From an uncultured Microthrixaceae bacterium (lineage in GTDB: Bacteria > Actinomycetota > Acidimicrobiia > Acidimicrobiales > DATDAH01): a stretch of DNA of 64,000 nucleotides. Position 1 is the first letter of the stretch, and the number at the start of each line of letters is the position of its first letter. The translations under genes were made by a program, and so were the position numbers. The notes beneath the pieces were generated by a model. That model had not been told where the DNA came from, did no database searches, and saw nothing but the letters and a program-made list of their open reading frames with translations. Shown piece by piece: positions 1 to 8,352 of the stretch. The stretch is from the NCBI GenBank assembly GCA_964649545.1, contig CAZYPY010000004.1, positions 12,438-76,437 on the forward strand, read 5' to 3'.

Positions 1-888
1 CCGCTCGGCCGTCGTGCCGGCGAGGTCGACGGTGTCCTCCACCGTGGTGCAGAAGCAGGTCGGGCACACCATCGTGCAGTTCGTGCAGGCGAGGCACCGA
101 GTGGCGACCTCGTCCCACCGCGGGTGCTCGAGGTTGGACGCCAGCAGGCCGGCGACCTCGCCGGCCGGGACCGAGCGGGCCTGGGTCGTCGCGGCGTGCT
201 CCGAGGCGGCGGCAGCCGCCGCGCGGTCCTCCGCCCCTGCGGGCTCGTGCGGCACCCGGCCGAGCAGGTCGGCACCGACGGGCGAGCCCACCCGCACGTA
301 GAACCGGGGCTCCTGTCCCGGACGCTCGGCGACGGCGAGGTCGAAGCCCGCGGCGGCGGCCGGGCCGCTCCCCATCGAGGCGCAGAAGCACGTCGGCCCT
401 GACTCGCCGCAGTCGGCGGCGATGATCACCACGTCGGTGCGTCGGGCCGCGTAGCCGGCGTCGGCGAACGGACCGTCGGCCAGCACCCGGTCCTGGACGG
501 CGATGCCCGCGAGGTCGCACGCGCGCACCCCCACGAAGGCGTAGCGGGGCGGCGGCGCGGGCGGCTCGACCTCGAAGCCGCCGCCGGCGAGGCGCGCCCG
601 GAAGACCGTCTCGCGGGCCGGGTGCAGGAACGGTCGCCACGACGTCGCCGGGGTGGTGAACCCGAAGAGGGCGTCGTCGTCACGGCGGCGCAAGCGGTAG
701 CGCCCCGGGGCCTGGTCGTCCGCCCACCCCGCGGGCAGGTCGGCGGTGGACGCGATCTCGCCCAGCCGGATCGCGCCGTCGCCGACCCGGGGGCCGACCA
801 CCGTCCGACCCTCGTCGGCGAGCACGCCCAGCAGCAGGTCGAACCCGTCGGTGGTCAGGAGGCCGTCTCCGGGGCTCGCGTCGGTCAC
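1..888 (-). CDS. 4Fe-4S dicluster protein, AsrA / sulfhydrogenase beta-subunit-like; C-terminus lies outside the window
   Basis: Absent from the ORF track because there is no stop inside the window. My reverse-strand translation from GTG (888..886) reads VTDASPGDGLLTTDGFDLLLGVLADEGRTVVGPRV ... AADCGESGPTCFCASMG ... WDEVATRCLACTNCTMVCPTCFCTTVED. Strong GC3 bias in this frame; CxxCxxCxxxCP ferredoxin motif. Confidence 0.7.
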   Translation of the reverse strand, partial: MTDASPGDGLLTTDGFDLLLGVLADEGRTVVGPRVGDGAIRLGEIASTADLPAGWADDQAPGRYRLRRRDDDALFGFTTPATSWRPFLHPARETVFRARLAGGGFEVEPPAPPPRYAFVGVRACDLAGIAVQDRVLADGPFADAGYAARRTDVVIIAADCGESGPTCFCASMGSGPAAAAGFDLAVAERPGQEPRFYVRVGSPVGADLLGRVPHEPAGAEDRAAAAAASEHAATTQARSVPAGEVAGLLASNLEHPRWDEVATRCLACTNCTMVCPTCFCTTVEDTVDLAGTTAER

Positions 889-999
889 TGCGCCCAGTCT
901 TTCCCATCGAACGAACCCGCGGGGAGAGCCGAAGGTCCCTAGGTCGACACCCGTGCAGCGGCCACCATGGGACGGGCCTGACGATCTGCCGGGAGGACC

Positions 1000-1710
1000 A
1001 TGTCCGTCATCGAGCTCGAAGGCGTCGCCCGCCGCTATGTCGTGGGCGACGGCGAGGTCACCGCACTGCACGACGTCGACCTGACCGTCGGCGAGGGCGA
1101 GTTCCTCGTCGTGCTGGGACCGTCGGGCTGCGGCAAGACGACCCTCCTCAACCTCATCGGAGCACTCGACACCCCCACCGAGGGCTCGGTGCGGGTCGCC
1201 GGCCGCGTCCTCGACGGGGCGAGCCGCAAGGACCTGTTCCGGTTCCGCCGCGAGACGGTGAGCTTCGTCTTCCAGTCCTTCAACCTGTTCCCCGCCCTGA
1301 CCGCCCGTGAGAACGTGCAGTTCGCGATCGACGTGGCCCGCGCCGACCGGACGGGTCCCTCCGCGGCCGAGGTGCTGGACCAGGTGGGCCTCGGCGACCG
1401 CCTCGACCACTTCAGCCACCAGCTGTCGGGGGGTGAGCAGCAACGGGTCGCCATCGCCCGGGCCCTCGCCACCGGCAACCCCGTGCTCCTCGCCGACGAG
1501 CCGACGGGCGAGCTCGACTTCCACACCGGTGTGGCCATCCTCGAGCTGCTCCACGCCCAGTCCCACGCCGGCGTGACCGTGGTGATCGTCACCCACAACC
1601 GCGAGATCAGCCGCGTGGCCGATCGCGTCGTCGAGCTGTCGAGCGGCACCGTCGTGGGCGACGGCCCGCCGCCGAGTGGCACCGCCGAGATCGCGAGCCT
1701 GCACTGGTGA
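1000..1710 (+). CDS. ABC transporter ATP-binding protein (MacB/LolD-type)
   Basis: 236 aa ORF. Walker A GPSGCGKTT, signature LSGGEQQR, Walker B LLADEPT. GGGAGGA Shine-Dalgarno just upstream of the ATG. Confidence 0.95.
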   Translation: MSVIELEGVARRYVVGDGEVTALHDVDLTVGEGEFLVVLGPSGCGKTTLLNLIGALDTPTEGSVRVAGRVLDGASRKDLFRFRRETVSFVFQSFNLFPALTARENVQFAIDVARADRTGPSAAEVLDQVGLGDRLDHFSHQLSGGEQQRVAIARALATGNPVLLADEPTGELDFHTGVAILELLHAQSHAGVTVVIVTHNREISRVADRVVELSSGTVVGDGPPPSGTAEIASLHW

Positions 1711-4187
1711 GCGACCCCGTCGCGCCCCCGGCGCGTCCCGGGCGGGCCGGCCGGCCGAGCGCCGGCCTGTGGCTGCGGTGGTCGTGGCGCGACCTCCGCG
1801 CCCGCTGGCTCCAGGTGGCGGCCATCGCGCTGATCCTGGGGATCGGGTCCGGCACGTACTCCGGCCTGACCAGCGTGTCCGAGTGGCGCCGGGCGTCGTA
1901 CGACGCCAGCTACGAGGCGCTGTCGATGTACGACCTGCGCGTCGAGCTGACCGCCGGAAGCTTCGCCTCGGCGCGCCGGCTGGTGCGCATCGCCGAGTCG
2001 ATCCCCCACGCCGACGACCTCGCCGAGATCGAAGCCCGCTTGGCGGTGCCGATCCAGGTCGACGCCAGCACCGCCGACGAGCTCGTGCTGGTGCCGGGAC
2101 GGCTGGTGGGCGTCGACGTCAGCGGCGGCGGGCCGGACGTGAGCGGCCTCGCCACCGTCGAGGGGCGGGGCCTGCGCCCCGGCGACGACGGCGAGGACGT
2201 GGTCGTCGTCGACCAGCACGTGATCGACCGTCACGACCTGCCCCCCACGGGCACCCTCACCCTGAGCGGGGGCCGCCAGCTGCGCTACGTCGGCACCGCC
2301 CTGTCCCCCGAGGAGTTCTTCCCGATCGACGACCGGGGCAGCGTCTTCGCCGACTTCGCCGTCCTGTACGCCCCGCTCTCGAGCGTCCAGCGCATCAGTG
2401 GTCACCCGGGCGGGGCCAACACCCTCGTGCTCGCCGTCCGCGAGGGTGCCGACCGGGACCGGATCCAGCGCGAGATCGAGGACGCGCTCGCCTCCGAGCT
2501 CGGCGAGGTGGGCATCACCGTCACCCGCCAGGAGGACGACCAGGTCCTGCGCCTGCTCTACGACGACATCGAGGGCGACCAGCGCTTCTACGACATCTTC
2601 GCCCTGCTCATCCTCGCCGGGGCCACCTTCGCGGCGTTCAACCTCACCGTGCGCATCGTCGAGGCGCAACGGCGCGAGATCGGCATCGGCATGGCCCTCG
2701 GCGTGCCGCCGGCCACGATCGCCGTGCGCCCGATGCTGGTCGGCGCCCAGGTGGCCCTGCTCGGCGTGGTCTTCGGCGTGGTGGTGGGGCTCGCCATCGA
2801 CTCGCTCATGGCCGACCTCCTGTCGGGGTTCTTCCCCCTGCCGGTCTGGCGATTCGACTTCCAGCCGACGGTCTTCCTCCGCGGCGCGGCCCTCGGTCTG
2901 CTGCTCCCGCTGGTGGCCACCGCCATCCCGGTGTGGCGAGCGGTGCGGGTCACGCCGGTCGAGGCGGTCAGCACCACCCACCGGGCGGCCCGGGGCGGCC
3001 TGGCGCCCCTGGTGTCGCGCCTGCCCCTCCCGGGCTCGAGCGTGGCCCAGATGCCGTTCCGCAACGTGCTGCGCGAGCCCCGGCGGACCGCGCTCACCGC
3101 GCTCGGCGTCGCCGCGGCCATCACGACCCTGGTCGGCGTGATCGGCATGATCGACTCCTTCATCGCCACCATCGACGCCGGCGACCGTGAGATCGTCGGG
3201 GAGACGACCGACCGGTTGACCGTCGATCTCGACGGCTTCGCCCTCGCCGGCTCGCCGGAGGTCAGCGCCATCGTCGACGATCCGCAGCTCCGGGCGGCGG
3301 AGCCCGGCCTGACCCTCGGCGGCACGCTCGACCCGGGTCCCGACCAGGTCGACGTCGTCCTCTACAGCATCGACTTCGGGAGCGAGCTGTGGACCCCGAC
3401 CGCCGCCGCCGGCGCCCTCACCACCGACGAGCCCGGGCTCGTGATCGCCGAGAAGGCCGCCGACGACCTCGGGGTCGGCGTGGGCGACCCCGTGACCCTG
3501 CGCCACCCGCTACGCGAGGGCACCGGCTACCGCTGGGTCGAGACCGAGCTGCCGGTGCTGGCCCTGCACCCGAACCCCTACCGGTTCGTCGCCTACCTCG
3601 ACCAGCGGTGGGACTCGCTCTTCGCCCTCGAGGGCATCGTCAACACCGTGCGGGTCGCACCCGCCGAGGACGTCAGCGTGGAGGACGTCCAGCGGGACCT
3701 GTTCGGACAGGAGGCCGTGGCGTCGGTGCAGCCCGTCACCGATCTCGCCCAGAGCGTTCGGGACCAGATCGACGAGGTCATCGGCGTGTTCCGGATCATC
3801 GAGGGCGCGGTCCTCCTGATGGCGCTGCTGATCGCGTTCAACGCCACGTCCATCAACATGGACGAGCGCGCGAGGGAGAACGCCACGCTCTTCGCGTTCG
3901 GCCTGCCGGTGCACCGGGTCGTGGCCGTCGCCGTGACCGAGAGCCTCGTGATCGGGGTGCTCGGCACGGTCGGCGGGGTGCTCGCCGGCCGGCTCCTGCT
4001 CGAATGGCTGATGCGCGCGATCGTCCCGGACACCCTGCCCGACATCGGCGTGGTGACCTACCTGGCACCGGCGACGGTCGCGACCGCGCTCGTGCTGGGC
4101 GTCCTCGCTGTGGCGGTGGCGCCGTTGCTCACCGTGCGACGCCTGCGCCGGATGGACATCCCCTCCACGCTGCGCGTCGTCGAGTGA
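1707..4187 (+). CDS. ABC transporter permease, FtsX/MacB-type, double-module (826 aa)
   Basis: GTGA start/stop overlap with the upstream ATPase. Two hydrophobic FtsX-like blocks (about residues 290-410 and 700-826) follow large soluble regions. Confidence 0.9.
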   Translation: MSDPVAPPARPGRAGRPSAGLWLRWSWRDLRARWLQVAAIALILGIGSGTYSGLTSVSEWRRASYDASYEALSMYDLRVELTAGSFASARRLVRIAESIPHADDLAEIEARLAVPIQVDASTADELVLVPGRLVGVDVSGGGPDVSGLATVEGRGLRPGDDGEDVVVVDQHVIDRHDLPPTGTLTLSGGRQLRYVGTALSPEEFFPIDDRGSVFADFAVLYAPLSSVQRISGHPGGANTLVLAVREGADRDRIQREIEDALASELGEVGITVTRQEDDQVLRLLYDDIEGDQRFYDIFALLILAGATFAAFNLTVRIVEAQRREIGIGMALGVPPATIAVRPMLVGAQVALLGVVFGVVVGLAIDSLMADLLSGFFPLPVWRFDFQPTVFLRGAALGLLLPLVATAIPVWRAVRVTPVEAVSTTHRAARGGLAPLVSRLPLPGSSVAQMPFRNVLREPRRTALTALGVAAAITTLVGVIGMIDSFIATIDAGDREIVGETTDRLTVDLDGFALAGSPEVSAIVDDPQLRAAEPGLTLGGTLDPGPDQVDVVLYSIDFGSELWTPTAAAGALTTDEPGLVIAEKAADDLGVGVGDPVTLRHPLREGTGYRWVETELPVLALHPNPYRFVAYLDQRWDSLFALEGIVNTVRVAPAEDVSVEDVQRDLFGQEAVASVQPVTDLAQSVRDQIDEVIGVFRIIEGAVLLMALLIAFNATSINMDERARENATLFAFGLPVHRVVAVAVTESLVIGVLGTVGGVLAGRLLLEWLMRAIVPDTLPDIGVVTYLAPATVATALVLGVLAVAVAPLLTVRRLRRMDIPSTLRVVE

Positions 4188-4261
4188 CACCGACCGACGT
4201 CACGTCGGGCAGGTGACGTTCGGCCCTGCCCGTGGGGCGGGTGGGGGCGTTCACTTCAAGC

Positions 4262-5644
4262 ATGACCACACCCGTACCGCCGGCATCCGGTGGTCCCGCG
4301 GGGCCACCGCCGTTCCCGCCCCCCGGTGGACCGCCGGCGGGCCCGCCACGGGGCCCCGCCGGCCCGCCACCCGGTGGCTACGGCTACGGCTACCAGCCCC
4401 CGGGGGGGCCGACGCCGCCGCCGAAGCAGTCGAAGACGGGGCTCATCGTCGGCATCGCCGTCGGCGTGGTGGTCCTGCTCATCGCCGCCACGATCGGTGT
4501 GCTCGTCCTCACCGAGGACGACGCCGAGGCCGGTGAGGTCTTCCTCGCCCCCGCCACCGAGATCGGCGACGACCCGTTCACCGACAGCGTGGCCAACCCC
4601 GACAACCGCGCCGTCGCCTCCCAGGGCACGACCGGCACCTCCGCGGGCGGCCCGCTCGAGGTCCGCAGCGCCAACGGCTCCCAGCCCGGCCTGTACGGCG
4701 GCACCCAGAACCAGGCCCAGTGCGACCGGCGCCAGATGATCGACTTCCTCCAGGCCAACCCCGAGAAGGGCCGGGCCTGGGCCGGTGTGCAGGGCATCGG
4801 GTTCGACCAGCTCGAGGACTACATCCTCGACCTCACGTCGATGCAGCTGCGCACCGACACCCGGGTCACCAACCACGGGTTCCGCAACGGGCGGGCGACC
4901 TCCTTCCAGGCGGTCCTCCAGGCGGGCACCGCGGTGCTCGTCGACCGCCAGGGCATCCCCCGGGCCCGTTGCGCCTGCGGCAACCCGCTGACCCCGCCCA
5001 CCGCCGTGACGGCCCGACCCACCTTCCGTGGCCCGCAGTGGACCGGGTTCAGCGCGTCGAGCCTCACCGTGATCCAGATCGACGTGACCATCGACATCTT
5101 CGTGATCACCGACATCGACACGGGTGACCCCTTCACCCGTCCGCCGGGCACCGACGGCGACGACGACCAGCCGGGTGACGGCACGGACGACGACACCGAC
5201 ACGACCCTTCCCCCGGACACCCGACCCCCCGACACCCTGCCCCCCGACACCCTGCCCCCTGACGACTTCGGCGGCGAGAACGACGTCGACATCATCCTCA
5301 CCTGGGGCGGCAACGACGACCTCGACCTCCACGTCTTCGAGCCGAGCGGCGAGGAGCTGTACTTCGGGTCGTCGACGACGTCCACGGGTGGCACCCTCGT
5401 CGGCGGCGACGACATCCCCGGCTGCGAGGACGTGGGCGCCCACGGCGAGGAGGCGTACTGGGGGCCGGGCCAGGCCGTGCCGGGCAGCTACGAGGTGTTC
5501 GTCCGCAACTTCGGCGCCTGCGACGAGGACGGCGCCAACTACGACCTCCAGGTCTCGGTGAACGGCGAGTTCGTCGCCGGCGACACCGGGGTGCTCTTCC
5601 CGGGTGAGGACTCGGGGTCGATCGTCTTCGAGGTCCCGGGCTGA
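4262..5644 (+). CDS. Membrane-anchored Pro/Gly-rich protein with a Cys-containing central domain, PPDT repeats and a C-terminal YfaP/DUF2135-like beta domain
   Basis: ORF 4232..5644; ATG at 4262 (MTTPVPP) preferred. Pro-rich N-terminus, one TM helix (GLIVGIAVGVVVLLIAATIGVLVL), central block LYGGTQNQAQCDRRQMIDFLQANPEKG...RARCACGNPL. C-terminal block ILTWGGNDDLDLHVFEPSGEELYF...PGSYEVFVRNFG. Domain names are from memory. Confidence 0.75.
   Translation: MTTPVPPASGGPAGPPPFPPPGGPPAGPPRGPAGPPPGGYGYGYQPPGGPTPPPKQSKTGLIVGIAVGVVVLLIAATIGVLVLTEDDAEAGEVFLAPATEIGDDPFTDSVANPDNRAVASQGTTGTSAGGPLEVRSANGSQPGLYGGTQNQAQCDRRQMIDFLQANPEKGRAWAGVQGIGFDQLEDYILDLTSMQLRTDTRVTNHGFRNGRATSFQAVLQAGTAVLVDRQGIPRARCACGNPLTPPTAVTARPTFRGPQWTGFSASSLTVIQIDVTIDIFVITDIDTGDPFTRPPGTDGDDDQPGDGTDDDTDTTLPPDTRPPDTLPPDTLPPDDFGGENDVDIILTWGGNDDLDLHVFEPSGEELYFGSSTTSTGGTLVGGDDIPGCEDVGAHGEEAYWGPGQAVPGSYEVFVRNFGACDEDGANYDLQVSVNGEFVAGDTGVLFPGEDSGSIVFEVPG
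5210..5266 (+). repeat. In-frame 15-nt tandem repeat encoding PPDTR-PPDTL-PPDTL-PPDD
   Basis: Read directly: ccc ccg gac acc cga / ccc ccc gac acc ctg / ccc ccc gac acc ctg / ccc cct gac gac. Lies inside CDS 4262..5644. Confidence 0.9.
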
Positions 5645-5651
5645 GGATGCC

Positions 5652-6794
5652 ATGAGCGCCGACGCGACCCTCCACCTGCCGGGCCTCGACGGGGGCACCG
5701 TGCTCGCCGAGGACCCCCTCGCCACGGTGTTCCGGGCCACGCAGTCCGCGTTCGGCCGACCCGTGGCGGTGAAGGTCTTCCACGACCCCCTCGACGAGGA
5801 CGGCGCCGCCCGCTTCGACGAGGAGTGCCACACCGCCGGGGCCCTCGGCGACCATCCCGCCATCGTCACCCTGCACGATGCCGGGCTCGACGAGGACGGA
5901 CGGCCGTACCTGGTGATGGCGTACCTGCCCGACGGCTCGCTCGCCGACCTGTCGGTGCGGCGGGGGCCCGTCGGCTGGCAGGAGGCGCTGCGCATCGGCG
6001 TGCACGTCGCCCATGCGCTGGCCGCGGTGCACCGCCACGGCCTGGTGCACGGCGAGCTCCGGCCCGAGGCCGTGCTGGTCGCACCCGACGGGACGCCGCT
6101 GCTCGCCGAGTTCCGCGTGACCCGGGTGGTCGGCGACGCCGCGGGTCGTGAGGCTCGGACGCCCGGGTCGGTGGTCTGGTCGGCCCCCGAGGTGCTCGAC
6201 GGCGCGACGCCGTCGGTCGCCGCCGACGTGTACTCGCTCGGCGCGCTGTTGCACGAGCTCATCGCCGGCGCACCGCCGTTCGCGGTCGGACCGGACGACA
6301 CGGTCGACGCGGTGGTCGGCCGGGTGACCTCGATGGCCCCGGCCCCCCTCGGCGCCGACGTCCCGGTCGACGTCGCCGCCACGATCGCCCGAGCGCTCTC
6401 GCGCGATCCCGCCGCACGGCCGGTCTCGGCGGCGGCGTTCGGCCGCGAGCTCCACGACCTCTGCCGGGCCCACGACCTCGACCTGACCGACGGCCGGCGG
6501 TGGCCCGAGGCCGAGCCGGTGACCCCCCCGCGGTCGGAGACCGTGCCCACCCCCACCCCGACCCCCACCGCCCCGGCGCCCGTCCCCGAGCCGTACCGTG
6601 CCAGCCACCGGGTGCCATGGACGGGCATGCCGGCGTGGTCCGCGGCCGATCCCGGGCCGGCGCCGGCCGCCGACCTCGACCCGGACCTCGACGTGGAGGT
6701 GCTCGAGTGGTCGGGCGACTGGGCCCGCGTGCGCTGCAGCAACGGCTGGGAGGCGTGGGTCGACGGCCGCCAGCTCGTGCCCCTCTGGCCCTGA
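5652..6794 (+). CDS. Ser/Thr protein kinase-like protein with degenerate catalytic motifs (predicted pseudokinase) and a C-terminal SH3-like domain
   Basis: ORF 5604..6794; ATG at 5652 (MSADATL) lies 7 nt after the upstream stop. Hanks-type fold is recognisable (VAVKVF, APE, DVYSLG). HRD is HGE (6048..6056), DFG is AEF (Glu codon 6108..6110), the catalytic-loop Asn is Ala, and there is no Gly-rich loop. Pro-rich linker, then VEVLEWSGDWARVRCSNGWEAWVDGRQLV. No TM segment. Confidence 0.8.
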   Translation: MSADATLHLPGLDGGTVLAEDPLATVFRATQSAFGRPVAVKVFHDPLDEDGAARFDEECHTAGALGDHPAIVTLHDAGLDEDGRPYLVMAYLPDGSLADLSVRRGPVGWQEALRIGVHVAHALAAVHRHGLVHGELRPEAVLVAPDGTPLLAEFRVTRVVGDAAGREARTPGSVVWSAPEVLDGATPSVAADVYSLGALLHELIAGAPPFAVGPDDTVDAVVGRVTSMAPAPLGADVPVDVAATIARALSRDPAARPVSAAAFGRELHDLCRAHDLDLTDGRRWPEAEPVTPPRSETVPTPTPTPTAPAPVPEPYRASHRVPWTGMPAWSAADPGPAPAADLDPDLDVEVLEWSGDWARVRCSNGWEAWVDGRQLVPLWP

Positions 6795-6841
6795 GAGACG
6801 GTCCCTTGACCGGTGACGTCGATGGGGTTACGTTTTCCGAT

Positions 6842-7612
6842 GTGCCTTCGGAAATCGTCGAGACATCGACCGAACCGGATCGCCGCACCCGCAAGCGGGC
6901 GGCCAAGCGCAACGACCTGCTCGACCTCGCCCTCGACCTGAGCGAGCGCCTCGGCGTCGAGGGGGTCACCATGGCCGCGCTGGCCGATGCCGCCGACTAC
7001 GCCCCGGCCTCGCTGTACACGTACTTCCCGTCCCGGAGCGCCCTCGTCGCCGCCCTCCAGCAGCGGGCGCTGCACACCCTCGGCGGCGTGGCCGAGTCGA
7101 CCCTCCAGGCGTGGGAGCTCGACGCCGGCGCCCGCTCCGAGCCCCTCCCCCCGACGGTGGGCGCGCTGGCGCGACTCTGGGTGTTCAGCGACCTGTTCCT
7201 CGCCGCCCCCGAGTCCCACGCCCGGGAGTTCCGCCTCCAGCAGCAGCTGCTCGCCACCCCCAAGGTGCAGGAGGCCGACGACGCCGCCACCGTCGTCCCC
7301 GCGGCCATGAGCGTGCTCGACCGGCCCCGCCGCCTGCTGGCCGACGCCGTGGCCGCCGGCGCCCTCGACGCCCACGACGCTGCTGCCACCGGTGACGGCC
7401 TCCTCGACGGCGACCTGCTGCGCACGTTCGTGTGGGTCACCGCCCTGAACGGCGGGCTCCAGGTCGACGACCTCGGCATCGGCGTCCCCACCACCGGCGC
7501 CACCCTCGGCCACGAGCTCACCCGGGCCCTGCTCCGCGGCTGGGGCGCCGACCCCGACGCCCTCGCCACCGCCCGCACCGCCACCGACCACTGGGTCGCC
7601 GACCACCTCTGA
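6842..7612 (+). CDS. TetR family transcriptional regulator
   Basis: In frame of ORF 6500..7612, whose first ~100 aa overlap the kinase gene and are Arg/Pro junk. HTH region LLDLALDLSERLGVEGVTMAALADAADYAPASLYTYFPS. Start uncertain (TTG 6806 or GTG 6842). Confidence 0.85.
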   Translation: MPSEIVETSTEPDRRTRKRAAKRNDLLDLALDLSERLGVEGVTMAALADAADYAPASLYTYFPSRSALVAALQQRALHTLGGVAESTLQAWELDAGARSEPLPPTVGALARLWVFSDLFLAAPESHAREFRLQQQLLATPKVQEADDAATVVPAAMSVLDRPRRLLADAVAAGALDAHDAAATGDGLLDGDLLRTFVWVTALNGGLQVDDLGIGVPTTGATLGHELTRALLRGWGADPDALATARTATDHWVADHL

Positions 7613-7638
7613 GGGCCGCCGCCCGAAAGGATCCACCG

Positions 7639-8274
7639 ATGACCATCCTGCTCCCCGCCCTCGCCGCCTTCGCCCTCGGCTGGCTGCTCTGGACCCTCGG
7701 CGAGTACGTGCTGCACCGCTTCGCGATGCACGAGCTGTACGGCAAGGGGATCATGAGCCGTGAGCACCTGCGCCACCACGTCACCGCCGACTGGAACCTC
7801 GCCTACACCAACGTCTTGAGCTGGATCGGTGTCGGCCTCGTCGGCGGACTGCTGTGGGCGCCGTTGCTCTGGTACCTCACCGGCCAGGTCGTCGTCGGCC
7901 TCGCCGTCGCCGCCGGCTGGGCCTTCGGCTACGGCTTCTACGAGTACTGCCACGCCCAGGCCCACCTGCGGGGGCCCTCGGGCCGCTACTCGCACTGGCT
8001 GCGGGTGCACCACTTCCACCACCACTTCGGCCACCCCATGGCCAACCACGGCGTGTCCGTCCCCTGGTGGGACCGGGTCTTCGGCACCCTCGAGCGCCCC
8101 GAGCGGATCCGGGTCCCCCGCCGCCTGGCCATGGACTGGCTCCTCGATGACGCCGGCGACCTCCGCCCCGAGTACGCCGACGACTACGTCCTCGTCGGCG
8201 CCGCCACCAGCGACGAGCGCACCGCGGCGCTCGACAAGGCCCGCGCCTTCGCCTCCGTCGCCCCCGCCGACTAG
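7639..8274 (+). CDS. Fatty acid hydroxylase / sterol desaturase superfamily membrane protein
   Basis: ATG at 7639 (MTILLPALAAFALGWLLW), within ORF 7432..8274. Histidine boxes HRFAMHE, HLRHH and HWLRVHHFHHHFGHP. Hydrophobic segments. Confidence 0.8.
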   Translation: MTILLPALAAFALGWLLWTLGEYVLHRFAMHELYGKGIMSREHLRHHVTADWNLAYTNVLSWIGVGLVGGLLWAPLLWYLTGQVVVGLAVAAGWAFGYGFYEYCHAQAHLRGPSGRYSHWLRVHHFHHHFGHPMANHGVSVPWWDRVFGTLERPERIRVPRRLAMDWLLDDAGDLRPEYADDYVLVGAATSDERTAALDKARAFASVAPAD

Positions 8275-8352
8275 CGCCGCGGGACGACCGCCCACCCCAC
8301 CGTTGGGGCATGATGGGACCCTGACGCAACCGCGCGCCGAGGGGGCCCCGCC

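Noticed and set aside
5210-5266. Short tandem repeats (also 53976..54010) considered as a CRISPR-like or non-coding repeat element
   Set aside because: Both are in-frame 15-nt duplications inside coding sequences (PPDT and GDPAS peptide repeats). They have no spacer structure and no cas genes. No CRISPR array exists in the window.
4256-7636. 1126-aa minus-strand ORF spanning the Pro-rich protein, kinase and TetR genes
   Set aside because: The translation is a low-complexity Arg/Gly/Ala/Pro/Val string with no motifs. It is antisense to three plus-strand genes that have clear domain signatures and the expected GC3 bias. This is a typical stop-poor shadow ORF of high-GC DNA.
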